Origin: Perna viridis
Lineage: Eukaryota
Direction: 5' to 3'
Assembly: GCA_037379345.1 (NCBI GenBank)
Contig: CM074520.1
Coordinates: forward strand, 10,726,001 to 10,790,000
Length of the DNA: 64,000 nucleotides
This document shows positions 1 through 13,522 of the stretch, piece by piece. Both the position numbers and the translations under genes were made by a program. Every line of letters begins with the position of its first letter. The stretch's first letter is position 1. The notes under the pieces were generated by a model. The model made no database searches, was not told the DNA's origin, and worked only from the letters and a program-made list of their open reading frames with translations.

Positions 1-129
1 CCCCATTCCCCATGCCCCATTGCCTCATACCCCATAAAATGGGAAGTTTATCCCATACAGGTACTGTACTCCTTGAAACACGTGTACAGAATATTTGCAA
101 TTTTATATGATTAGTACTTTCGAATTTTA

Positions 130-210
130 TAACCACTGGATCGATGCCACTGCTGGTGGACCCAAGGTCCCGAGGCTATTCACCAACCCAGTAGTCAGAT
201 TTGTCTGACC
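130..210 (+). repeat. Dispersed repeat also at 63683-63752
   Basis: GATGCCACTGCTGGTGGACC...TTCACCAACCCAGTAGTCAGA.TTGTCTGACC occurs at both sites. Confidence 0.75.
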
Positions 211-1419
211 ACAAATCATTTATATATACTTTATTTGCAGTAATACATATTTCAAATTCATGAAACACCATGACTTAATCTCTTGGATAGCACAAGGTAG
301 AAGTTCTCGAATTTGCTTTCTATTTCTATACTTTTGGATTTTAGAACTTCTTGGTAATAATTTTTTAGATTAAAATCGTCATTTGTATTCAATGGGAGAT
401 TACACCTTGAAATACGTGTAGAGCATATCGAAATTCGCAACATTATGAGAGTGGTACTTTTGTATTTTACATTTATTTTATCATTGTTTTTTGGTTTTAA
501 ATAATAAGGTCATTTACTTTTTAAGCACTTTTTAAGTATTCTGCGATGGATAAAATTGGACCATTCTGAACTCACAAAACAAATAAAAGTCAAATTTGTT
601 CCTAAATAAATGTCCTTTGTCATTTATTTTTCTTTCGCATTACACGGGGAAGGGGGACATAAAGTATTTAGTAACATTTAGGAAAATCCCTCAGGCAAAA
701 CTTCACTTTTTATCTTTTTTTAATAATCCCCATAACTAGAGTTATGTTGGTATGTCTGGTCGTATATCTCCCTCAAAATACGCAGATGTTTGGAAGAAGG
801 TCAGGAGAATTGGATACTAGTCGAACAGAAGGACACACGTACGATTACTGTTGTACTAATTTATAAGTCACAGTTTTTTTTTTAAATTAATATTCTTGGG
901 CTCTTTGTCATCAACGTACTAGAAGAAAAAAAATCAGGAAATGTTTACTTTTAGTTTGATTTCAAAGGATTATCATCGTTTTGTTTTCCATGGATTTTAC
1001 CTTTGATGTGGAGTCTTTCTTGTTTCTCTCAACAGTATTAACTGTTTGATTTATGTTATATGCTTTTGCATTTGTTGCTTTTACTGCCAATTTCACTACT
1101 TAAAACTGTTGGGTTAAATTACAGTTTCTCTGTGAATTATTAGAACTCATTTAATCTTAATATATACATGATTGTAAATTCATGATATGTGTGTATGTTC
1201 ATCAAAAATAGCCAATATAAAGCGGAGAAAGTGTGCTTTAAAAAATTATATTTTTGATGTTTTTGACAAGTGAAGAAATTGCTTTTTTAAAAACAAAAAT
1301 GGCCTTTATCAACTCTTAACCAAACTATGTAAAATACAAGTCAATAGATAACACACTTTTCTGGAGGAATGTAAAATTTTTCGAATTTCCATTAGCCGTC
1401 CAAAATTTGAAACTGTTTG

Positions 1420-1810
1420 ATGATAATGATAATAATCAACATATAACGATGATAGGTTTGTCAAAGGGACAACAATTCCACCTGGATGAAAATATCGACC
1501 CATGTGAGGCGCGTGTCTTGATCTCAGTACTGAAATTAATAATGGCAAGCTTATTACTAAATTTTACGATAAAATGGATAATTTTTTATTCATTATTATT
1601 AATTATCAATTTGGTTTTACTTCAACAAGGTTTTCGAAACTACAAGCTCGTAAAACATTCACAAAACACTTCAATCGACAGAAGGAACTAATTTTCAAGA
1701 CAAAACCAAGAAGTCAAATACCTCGCATAAATAATAAACAATTATCTAAATGGCAGATCAATCGGCATCATGGTTATTCCATATTCAAAACCATGTATAT
1801 TTTGTGATAT
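1420..1810 (+). mobile_element. Penelope-like RT C-terminal fragment
   Basis: CLDLSTEINNGKLITKFYDK and LLQQGFRNYKL..TFTKHFNR across frameshifts. Confidence 0.6.
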
Positions 1811-2722
1811 TGCAAGCGAACATTATGCAGAATCCACTATGCTTTCAAACATAAAACATTTCTTAGTTGTGTGCTGTTATTTAGAATCTTGTTTATATCT
1901 GTTCACACTTCACTTTAAATCCATACTAGTTTTCCCTCTGAACATCGAGCCCATCCAACATTTTATTAAGTATTGATATAAGACAATATATGTGGGAGAC
2001 AAAATGCGGAATGGTTTGTTCAAGGATAATGATAATGATTACTTAGAGGTTATGATACGGATTATCGGAATTAATAGTAATTCGAAGGTTAGATTTTACC
2101 ATGCTTAATACAAAAAACTTACAAGAACACTGATACCGCTGACTGACGTCACTGTCTCAACCTGTAAATGATACCTACAAAGATAACACGTGTTCACGTG
2201 TGGATAACATAATAAGAAGAATTATAACAATTTACCTTTTGTGTTATTATTCATCAAAAAAATAATTCACATATCTTATATTTTCCTGTATATTTCACAA
2301 GAATCAATCTTTTCGCTCATAGTAATCATTTGGTCCCATCTGCAGTGTTATCAGGTGAATGTTGTCCTGCGAATTAAATTGATTGATTGATTGTTTAACA
2401 TCCTACCACAGGTCAAACCTTTTAGTACTCTTGATCGCCATTAATGATAACTTGGGCATGTTCGGGCCAATTATTCATGGAGTCTGGTTCAACACGGTGT
2501 AACGTTGGAAATTGTGAAATTACATTAATTTTTTTGTAAGTTAGTCATTTATACTTCAAACGATGTTCCTCACTATTTTATCTTTCTTACTTTTTTGTCA
2601 GTTGGCTATTTGTACATTAATATTGTAAAATATGCATGTTTATATGTATACCAATGTTTCTACATAGGTTTAGCAGAAATAAAGTATACAAGAAAGTACA
2701 TATACATAATAACTCTTTACAG

Positions 2723-3805
2723 GAGAAATGGTGAAAACGAAATAACGATCTATTACTGTTGTCGTCCTTTCGTAGAGACACAGGGAGTTTGTGGTAAGTT
2801 AGTGTTTTGTAACCTAGTTGTACATTGGTTCCTGTAATTGTATTAGTTTTGTTTTCTGTTTGGTAAGGGTTGTCTTTGTCGTAATATGTTTTTGTTTTAA
2901 TTCATGAATTCGTTCACACAACTAAATTAGTTAGCATATGCCTATTTCTTTAAGGGTGTCCGTATGGCCAAAGATATAAACCAGAAATAGGTTTCTGCCA
3001 AAATTGCTCTTATGGACACTATGGTAAAGACTGTCAGTCATCCTGTAACTGTCAGCGTAATGAAAGGTAAATATATACTTGTTTTATATGATCTTAAATT
3101 CTTTCAATTTAAAATACCTTTATATACTCTTTTCTCTTGCCATTACTATTTTGTTTCACTAGTATTTTTGCAACCATACTGAAACATAAAATAAATGCCA
3201 TAACTTCATCACCTCCACCCTCCAAAAGAGAAGGAAAACACAGAGGACTCCATAACAGCTTATGACTTAATAAGGCAATGCTACTTGTACAACACATTTA
3301 CACTGAAAATAAGATGGAAAAATATTTTGAATTGCAAATTTCAATTATTTTTTCATTAAAGTTACAAACCTATTTTCACTCAGACAAAGATACAATAGCA
3401 TTCAAAATTTGGTTAAAAATAAGAAAATGGTAATAAAAGTCTTATTCTTAGGCAGATTACAATGACATTATTTGGCAAAAAATGATGTGTCAATAAAATG
3501 CATACAATACAAAGAAAGTTCAATTCTCGCTATTGTAACAGAAAGAGTTTTCTATAAAATTACCTATTTAAAACTGACCAAAAGAGGTAACTCTAACTTA
3601 TTCAGGGTATAGTCTATTCATCAAATAACTGACTGACAGATACAATTAAAGACAACTAACTTTTTTGTTCGATACCAGGTGCTGTAAAATTCATTTTGAT
3701 ATTTATTTCCAATATATTACAAGAATGCTATCATTATAACAGAGAGACTTTAAACACAGAAATTAACTTAAAAACCCTAGAGTTACCAAGGGAATGTAGC
3801 ACTGC

Positions 3806-3866
<61 letters not shown>

Positions 3867-6800
3867 CGACGTCTCAGAATGTGACGACTCTATTCGCTAC
3901 ACTGCTCCATTAGACCAAATTACTACAGGGAAGTTAACGTAAACCTACAGAAGGGTCTGAAAAATTCCCAACGGTTTTAGAACTGTCGAATTTGCGATTC
4001 AAATTTTTGGTCGTTCCCTTTGCGGAACACCGCCTGCACAAAGTCCAGCGCCCTAGACCACTCGGCAAGCTACGACCAAAAAATTATTACATTGTTGGGA
4101 ATTTTTCAGACCCTATCATAAGTTTACATTATCTTCCCTGAATCAATTTGATCCAATTGAGCAGTGTAGTGAATAAAGTCATCACATTCTGAGACGCTTG
4201 TATGAAAAAAAAAAAAAAAAACAATATGACAGTAATGTCAGGAGTGCAGTAGTAAAATAACAAATCATTCTGCAAAAAGTTAGACAAATTACTGAGCAAA
4301 ACATTTGAATTTCATTTATCAAATTCTTTTTTCAAACCTTTGATATCTGCTATACCATTCTTCTTTAACTACTGATTAATTAAAAAAATTGTTCAATCTA
4401 AATCAAATCACAATAAAAATGAACACAACAAAGTGTTAGCCACAGGCCACAGATATTCCAAGTCAATTTTATCTATACTCGAAGTCACATACACCACATT
4501 TTCGATTTGAAGCTCTATTTTTTAAACTGTCGGGACTTACGGCTAGAGTTGTCTCTCTTTTATTTAATCTGAAGATAGTTCGCATATATGCATGACGTAA
4601 TAGTTCCAACGAGTCGTTCATTGGCTGAAATCGTGCGTAACAAATCCTTACGGGAAAATCCTATACTAATATCCACCATGTTGGTTTCTACGGGATGATT
4701 TGTTTACAAACGAAGTTCGTAAGTTCCCGTCAAACTCCGGTGACAATCGTCTGCTTGATCAACTTCTCGGTGTTGTACGATGTTTGCGTAGAATAAATCC
4801 GAGATATCCGAATTAGCGCCGAAATGCATTCTGGGTTCTTAGGTTTTTGGACAAACCATTTAAACGTAAACAACATCTCCTAGCAACCCGATCACTGTAA
4901 ACATGGCCGACTTTTGATAATGTAAATATTGGGACCGAGAATTAAAATCTCACCGGAATTTAATGATTCAATGTTTAGGGAGAAGCCGTTCGGCTAAACG
5001 ACTGAGCAAGTCATTTAAGACAATTTAAACGACGGTAAGTGTCAATAAAGTCGTAGACAATATTTTTATTAAATTTTAACAGTATCTTATTTATGTGACG
5101 CCGAGTATAATGTTATCTTCTCTATCAGAAAATCCGTAAGGTTTCTTGAAGTAGCTTATTAGTCGTTGGTCAGTTTTGTTTTTTCAATATCATTATAATC
5201 GACAGAATTTATATGTTCTAAGTTTTTTTTTCAGGTGTGATTTTAAGGATGGCTGCGTGGACATAAGTACAACCACAAGGGGTCCAGGTACTATTACTTT
5301 TAATGTGTATTTCTTTTGTTTCCTAGAAAAGATAAAATTTTCCTTACAATTTAGCTTAAATCACTATAACTTTAATAAGTGTATAATTTTTATACTTACG
5401 TGAATTTGTTGTATTTTTTCAGTTACCGATTCTTCTACTTACAATTAAACTTAATTTCTTTTGCGACATTTTTCATTTTACATATGCGTTTAAATATTAC
5501 GGCTCCAAAAATATAGACTCTAAAGACAAAAATGAAACAGTTTTTCGGTTTCAACGAATTGTTACTCGTTATAAAAAAAATCTTTACATTCGGTGTATTA
5601 TAAACTATCATGCCTCTATATGATTCACAAAACATGTGTCTAATTAAACTGGTCATATTGTGATCGTTCCTTTGAGAGAAGTGTTTGGACAAAATCAGTA
5701 GCTGTCAAGGTATAAATACATACAATTGTATTAACATTTGTATCAAAGTGGAATTGATACGATTGTACAAAAAAATACGTGTACAATAAATATGTTTAAA
5801 ACAAGGGTTTTAGCTAATCCACATCTGACCAGTGCTTTCACTTACTTTAGTCGCACGTGATAAAGTGACAGGCCTACAAAACGAAGAACAAAGAAAAAAC
5901 ACGGAAGGTAAGATGAATATTCAAGCAATTCCAGATTTTACTGTATTCCTTTTATTTATGGTAAAGTGGTAATAAAATCCGTAAACAGACTCTCACGATT
6001 CTGTGACAGAATGGATATGAATTAAGCCTCTGGTAGCTAAGGGTAAAATTATGAAGTCATTTTACAACTAAGAAAGTCAATCTGGAATGTCCCCTGAAAA
6101 CTGACCACAGGAAGTGGGGTCCAAAACGAAATATCATATATAGAAACAGAATAATCAAGAATCTTGCAGAAATCTAAAGAATGTAATCCAGGGACAAAGA
6201 CATGACACGGAAAACAGACATCTATGACAAAGAACATAAAATAACCAAAAATACTACATACAAAATAACAAAAGTAAATGAGGCCATGTACGAGCACCGG
6301 AAGGTTAAGCGTTCTCTGTTTTCCTAAAGAGTTCTTTAAAACATATCAAATCTGGTTAAGACTAAAGTGGAAAGGGAAACTATGAAAAGTTGAACAAATC
6401 GGTTATCAAGGTGCAGATAGATACACCGTAGCAATTCACGATCGCGACTTCATGATGACGACCATAGCTCTTCTGTAGTGATGACTTCAATCTTGAAGCA
6501 ACATAACCCTGTTTCAGAAGCTCAATTTTAAGAAGTCTAGTGCGGTACAAAACATCTGCGTAGTTACGGCATAACGTATGATTATATGTAATATGAAATT
6601 CCACACACAGGTGCTGAAGGGATGTTGCCAGAAATAAAAGGAAAGTTGACAATCCGGAAGGAAAAGTCATTGCTTTTGTCGTATATTTCGGTCAATAATG
6701 TTTCTTTACCATCAATCTCTGTGTGTAGGTTAAGATATTAGGCTGACTTCACAGTTTCTGAAGTTTCCTTTATCTGAAATTCTTTGGGGTGGATGCGATG

Positions 6801-9800
6801 TATAAAATCTAAAACTTCTACACAAGATTGGACCGGGTAGAAATATTTCTGTATGCCGGCAAGTACAACATAACGACTTTAACCATATGATTGTACTGTT
6901 AACGACAAATTAAAATCCATTCTTAAGAACTGGTGTTGGAAAATTCTCTTTTTACTTAAGATTGTAGTTCATACAAATACAGCAAAATTAAAAAAAAGTA
7001 TCAGCAGGCTCCTTAAAGATCAAACGCTGGAAACAGTTCAGGAAAAAGTACAATAGTAGAGACAGCAAACGGAATGTGTGAGTAGAATAACCATAAAAAG
7101 CCTTAAAAGAGGAGACAATTACTACCTAGAAACTAACATCAATAAGTGATACACGTTTGGACAAACAGACTTTCCATAGTGTGTTACGACTGTGGTTGTC
7201 AAAGGGTCTTAGATTTTAGTTAAAGATAACAGAGAGGAATAATGGCTTGTTTTTAAGTATTACATGTAATTTCAACTCGAAATCGACACAGACAAACCCT
7301 GGCTACTGAGTAGGGTCCAGTATACATGTATCACTATATGGACCTGTCAGCAAGAAAATCACATGCGGGGTATTTTCACCGGACCATATATTTTGCACCG
7401 TTCCATGAGGAAGTAGACCGAAAACGTGCATAAGAGTAACCAAATACTACCAAGTTAAAAAAATCCTTAACCTTTTAGAATGCCAAATATGCAAAGACAT
7501 CGCCACCTTCGATCCAAGTCTGATTATTAATGTATATGGAGTCCAAAAAATAAAGTTGAAATTGAATTCATTGAAGATGAGGCGAAGAAGCAAGAGATAT
7601 ACATCCTCTTGTAGGCAAAGGAAAAAAATACTATAGTAACAAAAACCTGTGTCGGAATTCATGAAACGCCTTGTGATGTACAAAGAAAGCAGTCTGAACC
7701 GACCACAAGGCAGAGTAAACTGGGGTGTCCGAAGAATAATCTTACCTTTAAAAACAATTGCAATCAATGAGAGACTCCTTTGAGGTTAATGCTTACTGCG
7801 AATGGTTCACAGAGAAAATCAACTGTTAATCGGGGCTACGTTTTGGATTGGGTACCTATTCTGTTGGACGAAATGTGTAAAATTATCCCAAATTAAAATT
7901 TGGGGCACGACAGGATATTTAAACCCAGTAAATAATGCAACTGGGTTGTTCAGCTCGACAAGCAATACACAGCAGCTAATCGGAAGCACATACCATCTAG
8001 ATCATTTTGTCAATAGCAAGGAATTGACGAAGACGTTAGTACTATATATTAAGCAAGAAGTATTGGAAAATATAACCAAGATCTTATATCTCAATTTTAT
8101 AAGTCATTGAATGTAAACTCTTCTATAGTGAAGGATAGTTGTAACCTAACCACCGAGTATAGGAGAGCGAAACACATCACGATAGGAACCTAAAATACAA
8201 GGCGTACAATTTCATACTTATGTTTGCCACAGGTTATTCCTGAACACTTAACCTCTATTAAATGTAGTAAAGCTCTGAAATCAACGGGGTTGAACGTATT
8301 AAGTGCATTCTAAGCAACGAAGAGAGAGAAGTTAAACTCGCTCAGCACGACGATTCAGTTTGAGTACTACTGACGAGTTCAACCCCTCTATAGGAAACTA
8401 ATGTTTGTGGACAATTCAAATGCCAGAAGCCCGAACCTCTAGACTGTGTTGAGTAAAATATTTGCTGCGGCTTTTCAATAGACTATTTTGTACTAACGTT
8501 GGGGTAGTCGATGAGCATGCGTAGAGAATGCTCAATATACACTTCCGCAAGGAAAATTCTTTTGTTCTACCCAAGCTCTACCTCGCGGAAGTGTATATAA
8601 AGCTTGCTCACCAACTTACCACAAAAGGGTCTATTGTGATCAGTTTTTTTTTGTTTCAAAACTGAATTGTAGAATGGAAGGGATATGGTCCAGTTGTATA
8701 ATATTAGTGCTTAATAAAATAACATAAATATGAGATTTATTTCACAAGAATTATTTATAATGGATTTGGATTTAAAAAGGTAAACGAACATCTTTTTTAA
8801 GCACAAATATACGCACACATATACGTTGGCGGTATAATTTCATATCAGGCGTTAGTGATACCACTATTCAAATCATCGTATATCTCTGTTAATAATTATT
8901 AAACACATAAAATCAATTTACAATCATTATTTTATCGAAAAAAATCTTTCGACAAAATTCGTCTGGAGTTCGTCCTAATGCACGATTTTGTACTGTAAAC
9001 CATCTGTTATAGGTTCTCTACCTGGTAAATAAAATAATCAACGAACTACCATCATTTTGAAAAAAAAAAGACGAAAATACACAGCGTGTAAGTTTTAGCA
9101 CTAACTGCCATTTGTGCACAATTCGGGTGATATTGTAGTGTTGTTGGCTACCACAATCAACGATATGACAAGGCCATACTGAGAACGATTTTGTGTTTAG
9201 TTTCTCCACGCCAGCAATTCTGATCAGGAAACAAATGTTTTGGTACAAATCTGTCCAGAATAAGAGGTAGACCGATTGCTATTTTCGAATGCGGATATTT
9301 GTGTAAATAGCAGTCTCTAAAACCTCTTTTACACGTTGTCGGCAAATCACGTGTACATCGATGTGGCCTTTGTATTTAACAGCAAAATTAATTACCAGTT
9401 ATTACCAACTATGGTCTATTCGACCTTTAGCGATGACAATGCGCATACTTATCCCTTAATACAGGACGCTACCCAGCCGTAGATCCCACCACCGGTTTAA
9501 ACGAATCAAGCATCGTAAGAGTGCACTAGAGTAACACCGACCAAAGGAATGAACTACTACAATGTGGAAAACAAGCATTTATGACTCCACTGAACGAACA
9601 CAATATTTACATAATGCATTACACTAGCAATAGATAAAGATAAATCAATCAGAAAAATTATTGTTGAAGTATCATGAAAATATAACAATTAAAAACAAAA
9701 AAATAAAAACAAAACAAAATAAACCAAAAATATATTAAAGAGAACCACAGAGAATGTAAACATTCAATGAACATTTGAATAAGGAAAGTTATGGCGAAGG

Positions 9801-10673
9801 AAAATTTTTACCTTAGAGAATGCATTGCCCGTTCTTAAAACTGTGGTCCTAAATCATTTGAAAAAACAAACGCAACAAAAGGGTAGATATGAAAAGGGAA
9901 CCAATCGCATCATTCGCTTTTCTACATTAGTGAATGCAATTATATGAAAAGAGATATAATATAAACCTGAACTACCCCAAACTAGAAAAATATGCAAGGA
10001 GAACAATATTTGTCCAACGTTTAATTTATTTGTTCGTTGTTTGATTGCATTGCTCTCATTATCTCTCTCTCTCTCTCTCTGTGATTCAAATAAAGGATCA
10101 TAAAACACAAATGTGTGTCGTACGCGAGAAACAAAATCTGTGTTGATATCAGTTGCAGGAAATACAATTACATATTAATCATGACTTCTACCAGTTATGC
10201 TTTTATTAGATAAAACGATGCTATAAATTCAGATGTACTGGTATTCATATCAATTTTACATTTTTCATTTAAAAATTATGAAAGGCAATTTTTTTTAAAC
10301 AGTATATGACTTGATCTTACTTTATACATATTTTAACTCGCAAGACCAACCATTAATTTATTTGTATTAGAAATGAAATGTATTAATTCAGACATGTCTT
10401 ACAGATACTCGAGAAATCATCATTTACATGTCTTGCATTGCTGCCATCGGATTAACCATAGCGTTTGGTATCGCTCTGTTCAAGAATAGGGGGTGGATGG
10501 CTAGCAAAGCAAACTCATTAAGGGGTCGGTACCCTAAATTACGTAGACTGGAAAGAAATGTTATGTTCGAGAAAATTCATTTTGATGTCAGGAAGAGCGA
10601 GAACGTCTATGAAGACATCAACGAAAAATACATGATATGTGACTTTGACGACCACAAATTTGGAAAATTTTGA
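2723..10673 (+). CDS. Small single-pass receptor-like gene: Cys-rich/EGF-like (MEGF10/SREC-type) ectodomain, TM, cytoplasmic Tyr motif
   Basis: Phase-compatible exons 2723-2793 (YYCCRPFVETQGVC), 2955-3066 (GCPYGQ..CQNCSYGHYGKDCQSSCNC), 5235-5287 (RCDFKDGCVDISTTT) and 10405-10673 (TM IIIYMSCIAAIGLTIAFGIALF; ENVYEDI; stop). The signal-peptide exon is probably near 2412-2535 but unresolved. Confidence 0.75.
3809..3866. repeat. (CA)n(TA)n microsatellite
   Basis: Direct reading. Confidence 0.95.
3869..4197. mobile_element. Two inverted copies of a tRNA-derived SINE
   Basis: 3869-~4072 (minus, head ..CCGAGTGGTCTAGGGCG) and ~4073-4197 (plus, 5' truncated). Same family as 61425-61797. Confidence 0.7.
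4474..5109. mobile_element. Non-autonomous DNA element (MITE) with 18-bp TIRs
   Basis: TATACTCGAAGTCACATA ... TATGTGACGCCGAGTATA (16/18 match). Confidence 0.6.
6145..6810 (-). mobile_element. Penelope-like retroelement 3' fragment
   Basis: IYDKSNDFSFRIVNFPF..NIPSAP, LLKQGYVASRLKSSLQKSYGRHHE and a shared 3' UTR. Confidence 0.8.
8477..8636. mobile_element. Small palindromic MITE
   Basis: CAATAGAC...GTCTATTG ends and an internal IR TATACACTTCCGC/GCGGAAGTGTATA. Confidence 0.5.
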
Positions 10674-11014
10674 GAATGTTTGTGTATCAATTCAACTACG
10701 CTGTATAGACAATTTAGTACATTTAAAGGACTTTAGTATTTCTATTCCACTGAATTGTTTTCGTTTTAATAAATCAGGTTTATATTCTTTATCAATGTAT
10801 GTAAAAATGACAATAAAGGCCATAGCAGTTGTAATCAAAGAAACAAGGAAATTTAACTTTATCATCAAAGTACATGTGCATGCCTTCTTCTCTTTCAAAT
10901 TGTTATTTTTTATGTTTAACTATCATATTTTTAAAAGTATAATGTTTCTAGCAAATGAATTCGTTTCTAATCAAATTGTCATTTATAAACGAAAACCATA
11001 ATTTCATACGTTTA

Positions 11015-11245
11015 CCTTTTAAAGGTCCCAAGTACCGTGAATCACGCTCCATAAATTGGAATTATAACTTTAAAGTTCTTATGGATTCCGTTGAGGAATG
11101 CGTAAAAAAATGGATAAAACGAGAATATGAAGACATTGTTTCTCTGCCAGAGTGGTTAAAGGCCGTGAGGTCTTTAATTTTGAAAAGAAATGAAAGTTTA
11201 AGTAGTTGATCACCGCTATAACTTTAGTTCCCTTGATTACTTAAG
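11015..11245 (+). mobile_element. Penelope-like fragment
   Basis: KGPKYRESRSINWNYNFKVLMDSVE, homologous to 44482-44600. Confidence 0.7.
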
Positions 11246-12395
11246 CAAATATTTTTTTTAGACGGGGTTACTTGCTTTCTTGCTATTACAAGAAGTCAAC
11301 GGCATAGGACGGAGCATACCGAATTGTGTAGTGAGGAGAAAACAGTAATATCAAAGCAAGCTTAACATCTTTATCGTATTGAAAAGCTGATAATCTGCTT
11401 GGTCCTTAATAGCTTGTTTGCATAAAATCATTTAAAATGCTGAAGAGATAAGGTTTTTTTAAATAACTCGCCTGGAATTGAGGTTCCACAAGTCAAAGTA
11501 GCTCATTTTTTTCACTAGATTTCTTTAAAGTTAGGAAGACATCACTACAAATAGAACAAGAACCTATCCAAGAACAATCAATCAATGAACAAAATGATAA
11601 AGTAAATTAAACCTGTCTAATCATAATTCCAAAGCAACATTTGCAACGAAAAAGTTTTTATTTGAAAGGCGGACTAAAACATTGAATAGAATACTGGTGC
11701 ATTACAAATGCAATATTCGATTGGAAAACAAGTTATTCTTTCTCTGTCCTTTGATTAACAATTTTCATGTTTACACTTAGTGTCGACAAAGGACACAATA
11801 CTGAAGCATCATAGCAGAAGAATGGTTCAATTACATAAAACTTGAAATCAGGAAACAAATACGATCCACATATATAATTTAAGCAATAGAATAAAAATGC
11901 CCCTACATATTAAAACAGAAAACCGAAAAAAAAAAGTTACAGCGTGAACTCCTGCATTAGACCGTGAGTATAGCCAGGTATTCCGAAAGGGTAAGCATGT
12001 TATGCCCATCATGCACCCGTCACATTGCAAATAATTACAATTCGGCAATGGCCATGTTCTGTAAATTATCATTCCGGTATAGACGTGAATTTAACTGACG
12101 CTGTCTATTTTCTTTTCTCTGATGATTGTAGTTCTTCTTGTTTTTTTTTTTATTTTCTATTTCTTTTTGAATATAGTCAGGATTTTACAACATCCCGATA
12201 CATCATTACCTGACTAGAGTGTAATGGAGTTTTGTAAACATGTATATAATCCTCACTATATTATATAAATTTGAAAGACTGCACTTATCGTACTTATTCA
12301 CTCTCGCTCTCACACTTTCAATTTACAATTTGAAATAAAATAAGACGAAATACACTGTCTTGTATTTTAAAATCTAATAAACACATTTTTAGTTA

Positions 12396-13255
12396 TCAAA
12401 TATCTGAAATATTTCTAACAGGGGCCCATATCGTCTCACATTTATGCAAAACATTATTTCTCTTGGCAATAAAATGTTCAATGTGGTAGTAATGTCGAAT
12501 TCTTTGCTTTAAACCAACAATGTGGGGCAGTTTTTCTTCCAATTTGCACTTGAATATGTACTTTTTTCCAATAAATAACAAAAGATTGAATTTGATATCT
12601 GCCTCAGGAACCCCCCCCCCCCCCCCCCCCCCGCCAAAAAAAAGTGCTTTTTTCACAACAAAATCAGAATAATATTTTCTAAGAAAAATCTGAAAATAGT
12701 ATAAGACATTTGAAGTGACTAAGCAGTAAAAAAACAGATTTTCCATAGTCTCTATACTCTGGTTACAAAAAGAACACAAATTTGAGTCTTTAATATGAAT
12801 CTTGTACAAACAATATTTGTAGGCACAACTCGATGTAAAAACTTGCATTGGAAATTGGCAAGATGAGCATTACTACAACACTTCTTATTCAGAACAAAAT
12901 AGGTCTTCCAATCTGGAATTTCAGTATATAATTCACTTCCCCATTTCAAAAATGGTCATGGGGAAGATAGCATTGTAATGTCACCGAATGACGATAAATA
13001 AATCCAATATATTTATTATTAACGGACATTTTTTTTTTTAAAATGAGTCCTCAAAAGTGTGTATCATCGTGTTGTCTACATTTTTAAAATATATTGTCTT
13101 AAATCAGAAGGAATACTTGATATTAAGGAAAAATATTTCACAAAGATTTGTGTATGTACCTTGCATTTCAGTTCTGTAAAGGTGAGGAATTTTTTCCTCA
13201 CTATATCAAATACATCACTAAGATATTTGACATTTGAGTCTTCCCACTTAACAAA
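12396..13255 (-). mobile_element. L1/Tx1-clade LINE ORF2 3' portion (zf-RVT region), degenerate
   Basis: FQCKFLHRVVPTN...CSFCNQSIETMENLFFYC...KKYIFKCK spread over frameshifted ORFs 12396-12949. Confidence 0.85.
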
Positions 13256-13261
13256 GTAAGA

Positions 13262-13522
13262 TATGGAGGCTTATTTCTGCCATCAAGATGTTAAGCTGTC
13301 GAGATAATTATCGAGACATGTCGACATAATTTTTTCGACAAGTCGACTTAATTTTCTTGGAAAGTCGACTTAACGCCATTTTTATGTCGATTTGTCACGA
13401 AAAATATCCAAACAAGTCGACATATTTTTCTCGACAAGTCGACATCAAATATCTTAAATTCTCATCCTGAGGTCGAGATGTTGCTCGTAGCTGCCACCGT
13501 GAAGTTGCGTTGTCCAGATAAT
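13262..13522 (+). repeat. Left terminal inverted repeat (~261 bp; weaker similarity to ~13640)
   Basis: Matches the reverse complement of 35894-36154 with only about 7 mismatches by eye; many (CAA)GTCGAC motifs. Confidence 0.95.

Noticed and set aside
9464-9530. Extra stalk exon of the EGF-like gene (GRYPAVDPTTGLNESSI)
   Set aside because: The acceptor is plausible but the donor phase is incompatible with exon 10405 or the frame hits a stop; unsupported without RNA data.
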